Assembly: GCA_041737125.1 (NCBI GenBank)
Contig: JBGSSJ010000014.1
Span: 68,375 to 132,374 of the forward strand
Reading direction: 5' to 3'
DNA length: 64,000 nt
DNA from: Minisyncoccia bacterium
Lineage (GTDB): Bacteria; Patescibacteriota; Minisyncoccia; Phycocordibacterales; UBA9973
The notes under the pieces are model-generated. The model was not told the origin of the DNA, did not search any database, and was given only the letters and a program-made list of their open reading frames with translations. The position numbers and the translations under genes are program-made. This document shows positions 18,265 through 28,097 of this stretch, piece after piece (within the stretch, counting starts at the first letter, position 1; each line of letters starts with the position of its first letter).

Positions 18265-18948
18265 CTACTTTAGCAAGAATCTAAGTGTAGAAACAAGACG
18301 AATCTTCTTGTATTCAGGAGAGCCTGGATCTTTGTCTGTGATGTCGAATACTCCCTGATTACCCCGAGTGACACTACCAACAGATGAAGATGAATTCTCT
18401 GCGAATTGGTCAGCTGTAGCACGTGCGTTCTTGATGGCCTCGGCTAGCATTTCAGGCTTGATACTGTTTAAGTCAGAGAACTCGAAGGATATACTGTTCT
18501 GACTGAGTACAACACCTTTCTTCACTAATAGCAAAGTTTCATTTGATACTGATTTTGCTAGATCTACTTTTTTTGTATAGACAGAGACTTGGTTGTTCGA
18601 ATTGTATCTGAATGCTGCATCTCTGTATGTATCTTGGTAGATGTTCACTGGAGCTACATTTATCTCACTGTCTTCGAAACCTTTCTCTTTGAGGAAAGTT
18701 TTGATTGTGACTATATTCTTCTCTATACCTCCGTAGAGTGAATCTACATCATTGGTCTTCACATCAAAGCTCATAGACCAGATGGCAGTATCTGCCTTTA
18801 CTATCCTCTCTGATAATCCCTTCACTTCTACATACGCACCCTGATCAGAGAAGTCATGCGCTGATATATAGAATGCTCCTGAGAGCAAAATTGCGAGTAC
18901 TAATATCGCCCCACCTATAAAGTTGTAATTGTTTTTTGTATTTTCCAT
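18265..18948 (-). CDS. SIMPL (DUF541) domain protein
   Basis: VEVKGLSER, IKPEMLAEAIKNARATA, KKIRLVST. Confidence 0.85.
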   Translation of the reverse strand: MENTKNNYNFIGGAILVLAILLSGAFYISAHDFSDQGAYVEVKGLSERIVKADTAIWSMSFDVKTNDVDSLYGGIEKNIVTIKTFLKEKGFEDSEINVAPVNIYQDTYRDAAFRYNSNNQVSVYTKKVDLAKSVSNETLLLVKKGVVLSQNSISFEFSDLNSIKPEMLAEAIKNARATADQFAENSSSSVGSVTRGNQGVFDITDKDPGSPEYKKIRLVSTLRFLLK

Positions 18949-19031
18949 ATGTTAAGTATAGCACATAAAAAATTTTATTCTGTAAAGCTTTTTTGTGCAA
19001 GGCATAATTACTTTTCTGTTATAATATTTCT

Positions 19032-19655
19032 ATGGAACAATTAAGTATATACCTAGAGCAATTATTTTTCCTCGTATCTCCCACAGCTCGCATTGTGCTT
19101 ATATTCTTATCATCCTTCGTAGAAGGACTACCTATCATAGGCTCGATACTTCCTGGCGGAACTATTGCGCTTCTTGTAGGCACACTTGCAAAAGATGGCT
19201 TTATATCTATACCTCTCTCTATAGCTATGATAGGTATCGGAGGATTCCTGGGCGACATAACTGGTTACTTGATAGGCCGGCGCTTTAAGGATTCGAAGTG
19301 GCTCCATAAACTTGTTTTCCAAGAGAAGCATCAGACCAAGTGGGACGTCTTCGACAGGCACCTAGCTATTATTGTAATCTTCGGCAAGCTCATCCCTGTG
19401 GTTCGTTCTACTCCATCAATATTTGCAGGAGCTCGCAATATCCATGTAAGGAAATATTTATTCCTGAGCTTCATTGGGTCATTCATTTGGGCATTTTTTG
19501 GAGTATATGGGGGAGTATTACTTGCTAAATTCTTTGGCCCTTCAGCTGTGGGTATCATTATCGGCATACTTATAATTACTGGAATTATCGCGCTTATAGT
19601 GAACCGTAGAAAGAATAAGCGAAAATCAAAGAAGCAAGAGGAAATTATTAAATAG
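19032..19655 (+). CDS. DedA family membrane protein
   Basis: EGLPIIGSILPGG, GDITGYLIGR, GKLIPVVRS. Confidence 0.9.
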   Translation: MEQLSIYLEQLFFLVSPTARIVLIFLSSFVEGLPIIGSILPGGTIALLVGTLAKDGFISIPLSIAMIGIGGFLGDITGYLIGRRFKDSKWLHKLVFQEKHQTKWDVFDRHLAIIVIFGKLIPVVRSTPSIFAGARNIHVRKYLFLSFIGSFIWAFFGVYGGVLLAKFFGPSAVGIIIGILIITGIIALIVNRRKNKRKSKKQEEIIK

Positions 19656-19674
19656 ATAATTTTTTATTTTCTTA

Positions 19675-21483
19675 TTATTTAAATAAATATAGATACTTTT
19701 CATATCCTTGCGCTCTCATCTCTTCTTTTGGAATAAAGAGAAGTGATGCTGAATTAGTACAGAATCTGCGACCGCCTTCTGTAACTGGGCCGTCATTAAA
19801 TACATGTCCTACGTGTCCAGCGTCGCTACGTACTTCAGTACGGGTTGTGGACAAAGAATTATCCTCATGGAGTGTCACCGAGTCATCATCAATTGTTCTC
19901 CAGAAGCTCGGCCAACCAGTACCAGAGTCGTACTTATGCGTACTAGAAAAGAGGGGCTTTTTGGTAATGATATCTACATAAATTCCTTCTGCTTTATTGT
20001 CCCAATATTTGTTATTAAACGGAGATTCAGTACCATTTTCTGCGACGACGTGATACGCAAGCGGATCGAGATTCTTGAGCAGCAACGCTATCTCTTCTTC
20101 TGTATAGTCATAATCATTTTTTACTTCTTTTTTTAGAGAAGCAGTTTGTTCATCTTTTAGGAATTTGATCGCTGCATCTTTTGCCCATGTTTCTTCGACA
20201 AAGTCGGCTCTACCTGATCCTTTTTTGTATCTCTCGTAATGATCGGAAGCTTTTTTGTAATAGTCCTGATGATATTCTTCAGCTTTGAAGAAATGAGTAA
20301 ATGGTAAAATCTCTGTCGCTACAGGCTTTGCGAAAAGTTTACTTTTTTGAAGTCGTACTTTAGAATCTAACGCTACTTCTTTCTGTGTATTATTATGATA
20401 GAGGATTGCAGTAGTGTATTGGAATCCTTTATCTGCAAATTGACCTTCAGCGTTTGTAGGATCGATATGTGACCAGTAGATGTCTAGTATTTCTTCAGTG
20501 GAAATAATGGTAGGGTCATATGTTATCTGCACAGCCTCTCGGTGCATGGTAGTACCTTTTGAAACTTTGAGATATGTCGCATCTTGTTCCTTTCCGCCTG
20601 TATACCCGGAGACTGCATCTATGACACCTCCATTTTCTTGAAAATACGCTTCAGTACACCAGAAGCATCCACCAGCCAAAGTGATTGTTTCGTAGCCTTC
20701 AGTATTCACTACACTTTCTTTTACTAAAGATTCGTCTTCACGTATTTCTTTTGGTGCAAACTTTTCTATCAACTTATCTTCTAGTTGTATAGTTGCTCCG
20801 TATCCTGAATCGAGGATTAAGGTCTGAATCTTTTTGTCGTAGCCAGTGAGTATAAGAACACCGACGATAACAATAATTATTCCGAATACTCGTTTTATCT
20901 TTCCGGTTGATTGCATATGAGTATTTATTTTATTTATAATTTTTTGTCCGAAGTATGCAATAAGCAGTAGTGCAAGTGCAAGCCCAAATGTAAATCCGAG
21001 AAGATATATAATTCCAACAATAAAGCTTGCCGGTAGTGTGGTCGCAATGATGAATAGATATGTCGGAGAGCATGTCGTAAATACTGGCCCAAGTGCAAGA
21101 CCTATCAGCATATCACCCTTGTAACTTTTCTTTTGATATCCAGCCCCGACTACTTTATTGCTCGCTATACTAAGCTTCTCTACGAAAGGTATATTTGCCC
21201 AAAGTGATGGAAATACTATTGCCAAACCAACCAAGATGATAATTACCCCTGAAAAGCTAGTCCAGAATACTTGAGGAATGTTTATGAACAGTGTCGTCGC
21301 CTTCAGGAGAAGAGTGAACAGAATCACCGATAAAGAAAGTGATCCGATAACGGTAATTGCTCGCTTTGATATACGCTGTTCACCTGCCTCCGAAGCGCCA
21401 ATAACAATCGGAAGGAGTGGCAATATGCACGGAGCTACTACTGTGAATATTCCTGCTAGTACAGCTATAAGAAAGAAAATCAT
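19675..21483 (-). CDS. msrAB: CcdA/DsbD-like membrane domain fused to MsrA and MsrB
   Basis: APCILPLLP and FTTCSP Cys pair (CcdA); AGGCFWC and AEEYHQDYY (MsrA); KYDSGTGWPSF, GHVF, RFCTNSASL (MsrB); ATG at 21483. Confidence 0.9.
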   Translation of the reverse strand: MIFFLIAVLAGIFTVVAPCILPLLPIVIGASEAGEQRISKRAITVIGSLSLSVILFTLLLKATTLFINIPQVFWTSFSGVIIILVGLAIVFPSLWANIPFVEKLSIASNKVVGAGYQKKSYKGDMLIGLALGPVFTTCSPTYLFIIATTLPASFIVGIIYLLGFTFGLALALLLIAYFGQKIINKINTHMQSTGKIKRVFGIIIVIVGVLILTGYDKKIQTLILDSGYGATIQLEDKLIEKFAPKEIREDESLVKESVVNTEGYETITLAGGCFWCTEAYFQENGGVIDAVSGYTGGKEQDATYLKVSKGTTMHREAVQITYDPTIISTEEILDIYWSHIDPTNAEGQFADKGFQYTTAILYHNNTQKEVALDSKVRLQKSKLFAKPVATEILPFTHFFKAEEYHQDYYKKASDHYERYKKGSGRADFVEETWAKDAAIKFLKDEQTASLKKEVKNDYDYTEEEIALLLKNLDPLAYHVVAENGTESPFNNKYWDNKAEGIYVDIITKKPLFSSTHKYDSGTGWPSFWRTIDDDSVTLHEDNSLSTTRTEVRSDAGHVGHVFNDGPVTEGGRRFCTNSASLLFIPKEEMRAQGYEKYLYLFK

Positions 21484-21484
21484 A

Positions 21485-22045
21485 CTACTGTATTTGGGAA
21501 AGGAGGCTATCGAGACTTCCGCTTCCACTCCATTTCTTTATTAAATTGCCATTCTTATCAACTTGCACGAGTGTGTGTTGGTAGGTCACACCATATTTCT
21601 TCTTTAGCTCTGTTTCTTTATCATAGTCAGTTTTCAGAATAGTTACGTCTGCTGGAATCGACTTCGTATTACTTTCTATATTTGTATTCAGTCCACGACA
21701 TGAAGGACACCATGAAGCGTGGAAGAAGAGTACGACATCGCCATCTTCTGCACGAGCTATCTTCTCGGCACTATACGCCTCATATTTACCGACGTTCATC
21801 ACTGTGTCTTGGTTCTCTATCGTGCTTGTCTCATTCTTTTTCATCATGCTCTCGTTTGAAGTCACATCATCTTTCTCCATTACCACTTCATCTTTTTGCA
21901 TTACTGCTTTGTCTTCCATACTTTTCTGCTCCATAGCCTCTTTTGTGAGCGCATTATTCTCCTTATCATTCATTGATGCATATACACCTCCGACAATTAC
22001 TAACAATATGATAATCCCGATGATAACACTTGTGTTTTTATTCAT
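21485..22045 (-). CDS. Membrane-anchored thioredoxin with Met-rich linker
   Basis: N-terminal TM; FHASWCPSC; YGVTYQHT. Confidence 0.88.
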   Translation of the reverse strand: MNKNTSVIIGIIILLVIVGGVYASMNDKENNALTKEAMEQKSMEDKAVMQKDEVVMEKDDVTSNESMMKKNETSTIENQDTVMNVGKYEAYSAEKIARAEDGDVVLFFHASWCPSCRGLNTNIESNTKSIPADVTILKTDYDKETELKKKYGVTYQHTLVQVDKNGNLIKKWSGSGSLDSLLSQIQ

Positions 22046-22096
22046 ACAATATATTCTTAAATTATTTATATGTATTTAGTATAAATAAAAGAAAAA

Positions 22097-22122
22097 TAAA
22101 TGTAAAGTTTACTTTACATTTA
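22097..22122. promoter_or_regulatory. Palindromic operator upstream of the thioredoxin/ccdA-msrAB operon
   Basis: TAAATGTAAAG-TTTA-CTTTACATTTA, perfect 11-bp arms; degenerate copy at 22718-22735 before the XRE gene. Confidence 0.6.
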
Positions 22123-22145
22123 CTATGTGGATAACTTATAGAATA

Positions 22146-22508
22146 TTATAAATTCTTTTCACTCCAGTAGCGTGTAATGAATTTAACAACTACCATTCCG
22201 ATAAGAGCAACGACCAACCATGGATCTACTGTATGAGTGTAGCCTTGTACTATAATACCTATCATAAGTATTCCAGAACCAGCGAGGAACGCATTTCTCC
22301 CTGCTAGGGATTTGTGTTGGTGCTCTCTTTCATCAGTTGATTTCTCTTGAATAATATAACTCGCAAATATTCCAAATAGTGCTAATGCTGTGGCAAGCAT
22401 GCATATGACCATCATATCTGGCATCCAGAAATGAAAAGGATTAAGTAGTAGGATAGCGATTGCTATGAGAGCGGCAGTAACAATTGTTTCTTTTATATTA
22501 TTTTTCAT
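22146..22508 (-). CDS. Membrane protein, DUF2178-like
   Basis: TM helices around DERE..AGRNAF; overlaps the XRE gene end. Confidence 0.65.
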   Translation of the reverse strand: MKNNIKETIVTAALIAIAILLLNPFHFWMPDMMVICMLATALALFGIFASYIIQEKSTDEREHQHKSLAGRNAFLAGSGILMIGIIVQGYTHTVDPWLVVALIGMVVVKFITRYWSEKNL

Positions 22509-22710
22509 ATGATATTTTAAATATTTTTTCGACTGGCACCTTGAAGACACCAGCGATTTTTAGAGCTAGTAATATCGACGGGGTGTAATTCCCTTTTTCC
22601 AATGCGATAATAGTCTGTCTACTAACATTCACTTTGGAAGCTAGATCTTCTTGTGTTACACCCATATCAGACCTGTATTTAACTACTTCATTTTTTATCT
22701 TTTCTTGCAT
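22498..22710 (-). CDS. XRE-family helix-turn-helix regulator
   Basis: TQEDLASKVNVSRQTIIALEKGNYTPS. Confidence 0.93.
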   Translation of the reverse strand: MQEKIKNEVVKYRSDMGVTQEDLASKVNVSRQTIIALEKGNYTPSILLALKIAGVFKVPVEKIFKISYEK

Positions 22711-22790
22711 ATGCTTATGTTAAGTTGATTATACATAGAATAAATAACAATGCAAAATAATTCTCTTTTTGAGATCAGAGTATCTATTAA

Positions 22791-23768
22791 TCAAAACCCC
22801 ATAAGATAATTTTTCACATTTTCTATTGATTGCATTTTGTTCTTCTTGTGGAAAATAGGGAATTTCGTATATGCGATAAATATTAGGAAGTTCTTTAAGA
22901 CCGCTCTGTCATAGATACCACGATCAGCACTGAAGTAGCCCTCGATTATCTGCTCGGATACTCTTGGATCTGCATACTGATCAAGAGTCTGGATTATGCT
23001 TTTGCTCAAGTCTATATATGGATGATTAACTACGCATACTGGATCAAATACTGTAATAGGACCAGTGTTGAATATATTATACGGAGAGAAGTCGAAGTGA
23101 CAGTAAGTACTTCTATTATCTTTATCTACATAGTTAACCATGGTATTTATAATCTCATCGATTGAGCCATAGACTTCTATAGGTAGCAGATTGTGCTCTT
23201 TTACATATGCCTTTTGATTGTTCACATATTTATCATGAGTAAGCCAGTCACTAAATGTCGCATATTTTGCTACTTCATCCTCTGTCCATAGTCCGAAGCC
23301 TTGTGCCTCGAGATTGTGCATTTTCCGCAGTGTTTGCCCCATAGAGAAGAATATATTCTTCTCTATAAGTTCTTCCTCTGTGTATGCTTGTGCGAGAGTA
23401 TCCGCCTCGATGTATTCCATCAGTGTATAGTTATATCCATCTATCTTACCGTATTCATATATATGAGGAACTTTTATGATACTTGCCCACTTCTTTAGAA
23501 AGCTTGCTTCCATGTTTGTATCACTCGGACGGAGCTTCATTTTCAAGATATATTTATCTGAATCTGTACTAAGTAATGCGACGAGCGAAGACACTCCTCC
23601 GGTAGGGAACGATACTGATACATTTTTGTTTTGGAATAATGGGTTACTCTCGATAAAGCCCTCTATCTTTGGGGCGAGTATAACTCTTACTTCATTGAGC
23701 TCTTTGTCTGTAATGTGCCCTGAGAGTTTCGGTTGATTCAAAAATGTCACAGTGGATGTATTTGCCAT
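22791..23768 (-). CDS. Aminoglycoside phosphotransferase / kinase-like protein
   Basis: LMEYIE, CHFDFSPYNI (HxD..N), VFDP. Confidence 0.8.
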   Translation of the reverse strand: MANTSTVTFLNQPKLSGHITDKELNEVRVILAPKIEGFIESNPLFQNKNVSVSFPTGGVSSLVALLSTDSDKYILKMKLRPSDTNMEASFLKKWASIIKVPHIYEYGKIDGYNYTLMEYIEADTLAQAYTEEELIEKNIFFSMGQTLRKMHNLEAQGFGLWTEDEVAKYATFSDWLTHDKYVNNQKAYVKEHNLLPIEVYGSIDEIINTMVNYVDKDNRSTYCHFDFSPYNIFNTGPITVFDPVCVVNHPYIDLSKSIIQTLDQYADPRVSEQIIEGYFSADRGIYDRAVLKNFLIFIAYTKFPIFHKKNKMQSIENVKNYLMGF

Positions 23769-23919
23769 AAGGTTAATTATATACAAAAATATTGTATTTG
23801 TATAAACCCTCAATATAAATCATATGGTTCCAAGAGGAATTTTTTCGTCTTATTTGAGTAATAAAAAAAGCACCAAATACTTTGTGTACTGGTGCTTCCA
23901 TGTTTTCTTGGTTGCGACG

Positions 23920-24264
23920 CTATGCGTTATTTTGTTTTTCGATGTCCGTTAGCTTCGATATTCTAGGATGAAAAACTTTTCTTAAAATAGCATAAAGCTC
24001 TTCAAGGGTTATTTCCGTTAAGTCAAAACGAAAATCGTCGGGGTCACATTCATCGTAATCAATAAGAATCCTAAAAAGTTTTTCAAGTTTCTCTATGAGA
24101 TGAAAGGATTCAAATTGTATTTGAATTCTAGATCTAGGGTCATGAGCTTCAGGTTGGAATATCGTTAACTGATATTTTTTTCTGTATACACTAAATATGT
24201 CCGTTACGCGTTTTTCCTTTTCTGTCAACTCCCGGTCGACGAGAAAGATAGTTAAATCTTCCAT
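23920..24264 (-). CDS. Hypothetical protein
   Basis: 114-aa ORF with TTGACA upstream and a hairpin terminator downstream. Confidence 0.55.
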   Translation of the reverse strand: MEDLTIFLVDRELTEKEKRVTDIFSVYRKKYQLTIFQPEAHDPRSRIQIQFESFHLIEKLEKLFRILIDYDECDPDDFRFDLTEITLEELYAILRKVFHPRISKLTDIEKQNNA

Positions 24265-24414
24265 ATTTTTTGATTTTATGTTTTAGAATAACAATACAAT
24301 TAGGAATACCTTATAACATATATAGTTCAATGTCAATTTTTTCATAATACAGATTCTTTTCAGTATCTATCAATGCTGTCCAAAAAGCGAAAATGTAGTA
24401 CAATTTACCCATTC

Positions 24415-25062
24415 ATGGACTTTCAGGTATCGGCACAATTTCTTTCTGCTTTTCCTCCCGCATTTATATATGTAGGGGTCCTTGTCGCTGGATTCTTGTC
24501 GAACATGGTAATTCCTGTTCCGGAGGAAATTGTGTTCATAGGGCTTGGCTACCTGGTAGGGAGTGGAAGTCTGGCATACTTGCCTACAGTACTATTTATT
24601 ATCCTCGGATTACTTTTCAACGATGCACTACTGTACTACTTGGCACGAAAGGGGAACAAATTTACCCGCTCCATATACAATAGACTTTTTGCTGATATTC
24701 TTCCGCTTGATTCTCCATTCCTACACAGGCATTTACGTACAGTTATCATATCCTCACGCTTTCTCATGCAGTTCCGATTTCTTGGGCCGTTCTTTGCAGG
24801 GACGCTCCATGTGCCGCTGAAGACATTTTTAAAATGGGATTTGATTGCACTCATAGTGTATGTGCCACTTTTCGTAGGGCTTGGTGCATTCTTCCAATCG
24901 CGAGTAGAGCGCGTCATCGGCGGGCTTGGAAGCTTTCATAATATCCTCTTCATTTTCGTGGGATTAATTGTGGTTATTGCACTCCTCAAATATATCAAGA
25001 AGTTTGCATTTAGGATGTATAAAAAGGTGAGAGACGAAGAGGGTATACGAAACGATTTGTAA
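24415..25062 (+). CDS. DedA/VTT family membrane protein
   Basis: IPVPEEIV, DALLYYLAR, SRFLMQFRF. Confidence 0.85.
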   Translation: MDFQVSAQFLSAFPPAFIYVGVLVAGFLSNMVIPVPEEIVFIGLGYLVGSGSLAYLPTVLFIILGLLFNDALLYYLARKGNKFTRSIYNRLFADILPLDSPFLHRHLRTVIISSRFLMQFRFLGPFFAGTLHVPLKTFLKWDLIALIVYVPLFVGLGAFFQSRVERVIGGLGSFHNILFIFVGLIVVIALLKYIKKFAFRMYKKVRDEEGIRNDL

Positions 25063-25203
25063 ACTTAGATTAGCGAGGACTGCCTTAGCCATTTTGAAAT
25101 TATAAATTACTTTACATTTTTTTATTCTACTGTTACTCTTTAAGTAAGTACCGTCGGAAAAACAAAAAAACACGCTACCGTCTTATGATGGGAAACGTGT
25201 TTT

Positions 25204-25536
25204 TTATTTTAGTGGTTCGAATTCGAATGCTATAATTTTTACTTCGGTATCTTCGTTTACTTTGTCGCCGTAAAAGTTCCTATAATTCGCATACATCGCT
25301 TCGTTAGAAGGGAACTTCTCATGACCTACCCAGTCCTCATCTGTTAGTGTGCCGAGTGTCTTCGTGTGTAGGGAAGTGATAACTGCGGTGCCGAATGGCT
25401 CTAGTGTTGCTTTATTTATAAAAGTTAATTCGTCTCCCACTTTCAAATCCTTATCGTCGAACAGCCTCCAGGTTATCGTCTTCTCTCCTTGGAGTATCAT
25501 TTGCGCTAGGCTTGGCATAAATTTGAGGGATTTCAT
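25204..25536 (-). CDS. ASCH domain protein
   Basis: ILQGEKTITWRLFD..LKVGD. Confidence 0.88.
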   Translation of the reverse strand: MKSLKFMPSLAQMILQGEKTITWRLFDDKDLKVGDELTFINKATLEPFGTAVITSLHTKTLGTLTDEDWVGHEKFPSNEAMYANYRNFYGDKVNEDTEVKIIAFEFEPLK

Positions 25537-25655
25537 GTTTTTTATTATAGCAAAAAAATAAAGACTAGCTAGTCATAGATAGTCATTACCCGAGCCATAT
25601 CTTGACAAGTTGGTATTTATTTGTTAGTGTAAGACGAATTAAAAAAATCAAATCA

Positions 25656-25829
25656 ATGAAGCAAATCAAAAAATTTGTAGCAGCAGTAGTACTTTTGTCG
25701 TTCTTATCTTTGAGCGAAAAATCGTTCGCGACCGAGCCGGTGAAGGTGCCACCACCTCCACCGCAAAAGTCAGAGCCACAGCCAAAGCCAGGTCGTGGGC
25801 GAACAATCATACCCATAATAGTGGTTTAA
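25656..25829 (+). CDS. Small secreted proline-rich peptide (57 aa)
   Basis: Signal peptide ending SFA, then PPPPP..PQPKPGRGR; TTGACA upstream; hairpin terminator near 25885-25915. Confidence 0.5.
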   Translation: MKQIKKFVAAVVLLSFLSLSEKSFATEPVKVPPPPPQKSEPQPKPGRGRTIIPIIVV

Positions 25830-25950
25830 ACCATATATGGTGTTTGGACTTTGGAAATATCCTAAGGTCAAAAAATTAGTATAAATAGCAGGCATCTTTA
25901 TGATGTCTGCCTATTTTTTTATTATTTTTCTTAGATTATATTAAAACTAA

Positions 25951-26100
25951 TTATTTGGAACGTTCTTCCTTTAACCTCGATTTAATTATCTTGGTTATGA
26001 GGGGAAGTGGGAGAGATTTGTCGTAAGGGAACCTGATGCACCCCTTGGAGAAACTGATTCCTTTTTTCGTAAGTTCGTTCTCGAAAGGCTTTATTCTGGA
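25951..26100 (-). pseudogene. C-terminal remnant of a DUF1801/YdhG-like protein
   Basis: Hand translation FENELTKKGISFSKGCIRFPYDKSLPLPLITKIIKSRLKE*; no start or N-terminal part. Confidence 0.6.
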
Positions 26101-26188
26101 CGAGAGTAGTAAGGATGGTACTTGCTACTCATTCGCTAGTTGAATTAAAAAAGGCACCTCAAGATTGCTCTCAAGGTGCCATATAAAA

Positions 26189-27490
26189 TTAAATCCTTTT
26201 CTTCCTACCCAAAAAATAGGCAAGAATAGGTGGAGTCAGAAGTGTCGTCATAATGACCATTATGACGATAACCGAAAATAGGTTATCGTTCAGCACCCCC
26301 AATTCTCTACCTGCTGTGGCGAAGATAAGACCCACTTCTCCGCGGGGAACCATTCCGAACCCGATAATATTCTTATCGAGCCCTTTAGTCCCCAATGAGG
26401 AAACATATTTGCCGATAAAGGCAAATAGGGTTACCACTAGTGCGACAAGTAGGACCTGTGGGTCAAATAAGACCCGTAAATCTACCTGTAACCCAGTGTA
26501 GACGAAGAATACAGGGACAATAAAGTGCCCGATGGGCTCGATCAGTTTATCGACATGTTCCTCCTTCGCTTTCTCTCTTTCGTTTTTAAAGAAAGTTCTG
26601 AAGTGCACGGGATCAAGCACAAGTCCCGCAGCGAATGCCCCTATTATCGGATCTAAGCCAATCCATCCAGCAATTGCTGAGTAAATAAAGCATAAGGTCA
26701 GACATAAGGTTACCCTCGACCCTAGTCCGTCGTGCATTCTAGAAAAGATTGACCCCAAGTATGGCGCAGCTTTTGTGCCTAGGTATATTGATCCTACTAG
26801 GAACAATAACGCCTTGCCCGTGATAAGTGCTACTGTCATAGGACTTACTGTTCCCAATGTCACAATCGCCGAAACAACGGCGAGTATGATGAGTCCAAAG
26901 ACGTCATCAATAACCGCAGCCCCCAATACAATTTTAGCTTCTTTTGTATTGAGCTTCCCGAAGTCTTTAAAGACCCGAGATGTTATCCCCACTGAAGTTG
27001 CCGTTAAAGCAGCCCCAAGGAATAAATGGGTTTCAAACCTAGACCCTGGGAAGAGCCATGGGCCTGCAACCCAGGTACCCAACACGAAGGGGACTATTAC
27101 CCCTACAGTGGCCACTTTAAAGGCGCTACCACCAACCTTCCTCATTTCTCCCAGGTTAGACTCAAGTCCAACTTGGAACAGTAGGATTAACAGACCCACT
27201 TGTCCTAGAAAGGACACATATTGATCTTCTTTTATTCCTTCGAAGAAAGATAGACCCACTAATCCTAGATTCCCCAGAAGTACCCCTATAAGGAGCTCTC
27301 CTAAGACTCCTGGTTGTTTGAACTTTTCGACTAACCTGCCAATTATGGCAAGCAGCAGTATCAAACCGATCCAAAAGAATGTCTGGGTAGGGCCATGCCC
27401 TCCACCCTCATTACCTCCATTCGCAAATGTTTGCGATGAAGTAACAAGTAAACATGCGGTGGCCAGTATGGCCGTTTTTTTATTCTTCAC
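26189..27490 (-). CDS. Cation:proton antiporter (CPA2, Na+/H+)
   Basis: LLFQVGLES, ATSVGIT, AAVIDD, GMVPRGEVG. Confidence 0.93.
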   Translation of the reverse strand: MKNKKTAILATACLLVTSSQTFANGGNEGGGHGPTQTFFWIGLILLLAIIGRLVEKFKQPGVLGELLIGVLLGNLGLVGLSFFEGIKEDQYVSFLGQVGLLILLFQVGLESNLGEMRKVGGSAFKVATVGVIVPFVLGTWVAGPWLFPGSRFETHLFLGAALTATSVGITSRVFKDFGKLNTKEAKIVLGAAVIDDVFGLIILAVVSAIVTLGTVSPMTVALITGKALLFLVGSIYLGTKAAPYLGSIFSRMHDGLGSRVTLCLTLCFIYSAIAGWIGLDPIIGAFAAGLVLDPVHFRTFFKNEREKAKEEHVDKLIEPIGHFIVPVFFVYTGLQVDLRVLFDPQVLLVALVVTLFAFIGKYVSSLGTKGLDKNIIGFGMVPRGEVGLIFATAGRELGVLNDNLFSVIVIMVIMTTLLTPPILAYFLGRKKRI

Positions 27491-27672
27491 TATCCCAGCC
27501 CTCCTAGGCCGTTATTATTGGTTTTTTAAAATCAAATTCAGGCTAATATAAACATATTTTTCTACAAAAGTCGAGAAAAGGTTCTATTGGGTAGCAAGGA
27601 CTGTACTTGTTAGTTATGTTTGACTTTAAGGGTTTTATAATGTAGTTTAACTATAAACAAAGGAGGTTTTTA

Positions 27673-28059
27673 TTGAAACAAAAATTATTACAAATCGGAC
27701 GCTTCCTTATTGGTGGACACACTGCTGTACTTATTTACTATGCAATTCTGTACTTCCTTACGGAACACATGAGGGTCTGGTATCTATTGTCATCGGTCAT
27801 AGGCTTTTTGGGTTATGTAGGAATAAATTTCTACATCCAAAAAAACTGGGTTTTCAAGAATAGTGAGAAGGGAATGAAAACAAAGGCACAGATTATAAGA
27901 TACTTTATAATGATGATTATTTTCTTCGTTGTGAATACTATTCTTATGTATTTACTTGTTGAAGGTCTTCATTTGAAGTATTTACTTGCCCAAGTTTTCC
28001 TCACTATTTTTTTAAGCGCGATAAGTTTCGTGCTTACCAAGAAGATCTTAAGCAAATGA
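27673..28059 (+). CDS. GtrA family protein
   Basis: 4 TM; NFYIQKNWVF; RYF. Confidence 0.8.
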   Translation: MKQKLLQIGRFLIGGHTAVLIYYAILYFLTEHMRVWYLLSSVIGFLGYVGINFYIQKNWVFKNSEKGMKTKAQIIRYFIMMIIFFVVNTILMYLLVEGLHLKYLLAQVFLTIFLSAISFVLTKKILSK

Positions 28060-28097
28060 ATCACATACGTAACCCGCGTGTGATTTTTTTATTGAAT

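Noticed and set aside
15962-28059. Integron cassette array of short genes
   Set aside because: No integron integrase and no recurring attC-like sites; the intergenic hairpins are ordinary terminators.
28060-28097. Left att site matching the tRNA-Gln 3' end
   Set aside because: Only a terminator hairpin is visible and no tRNA-Gln fragment was found by eye, so the left boundary stays approximate.
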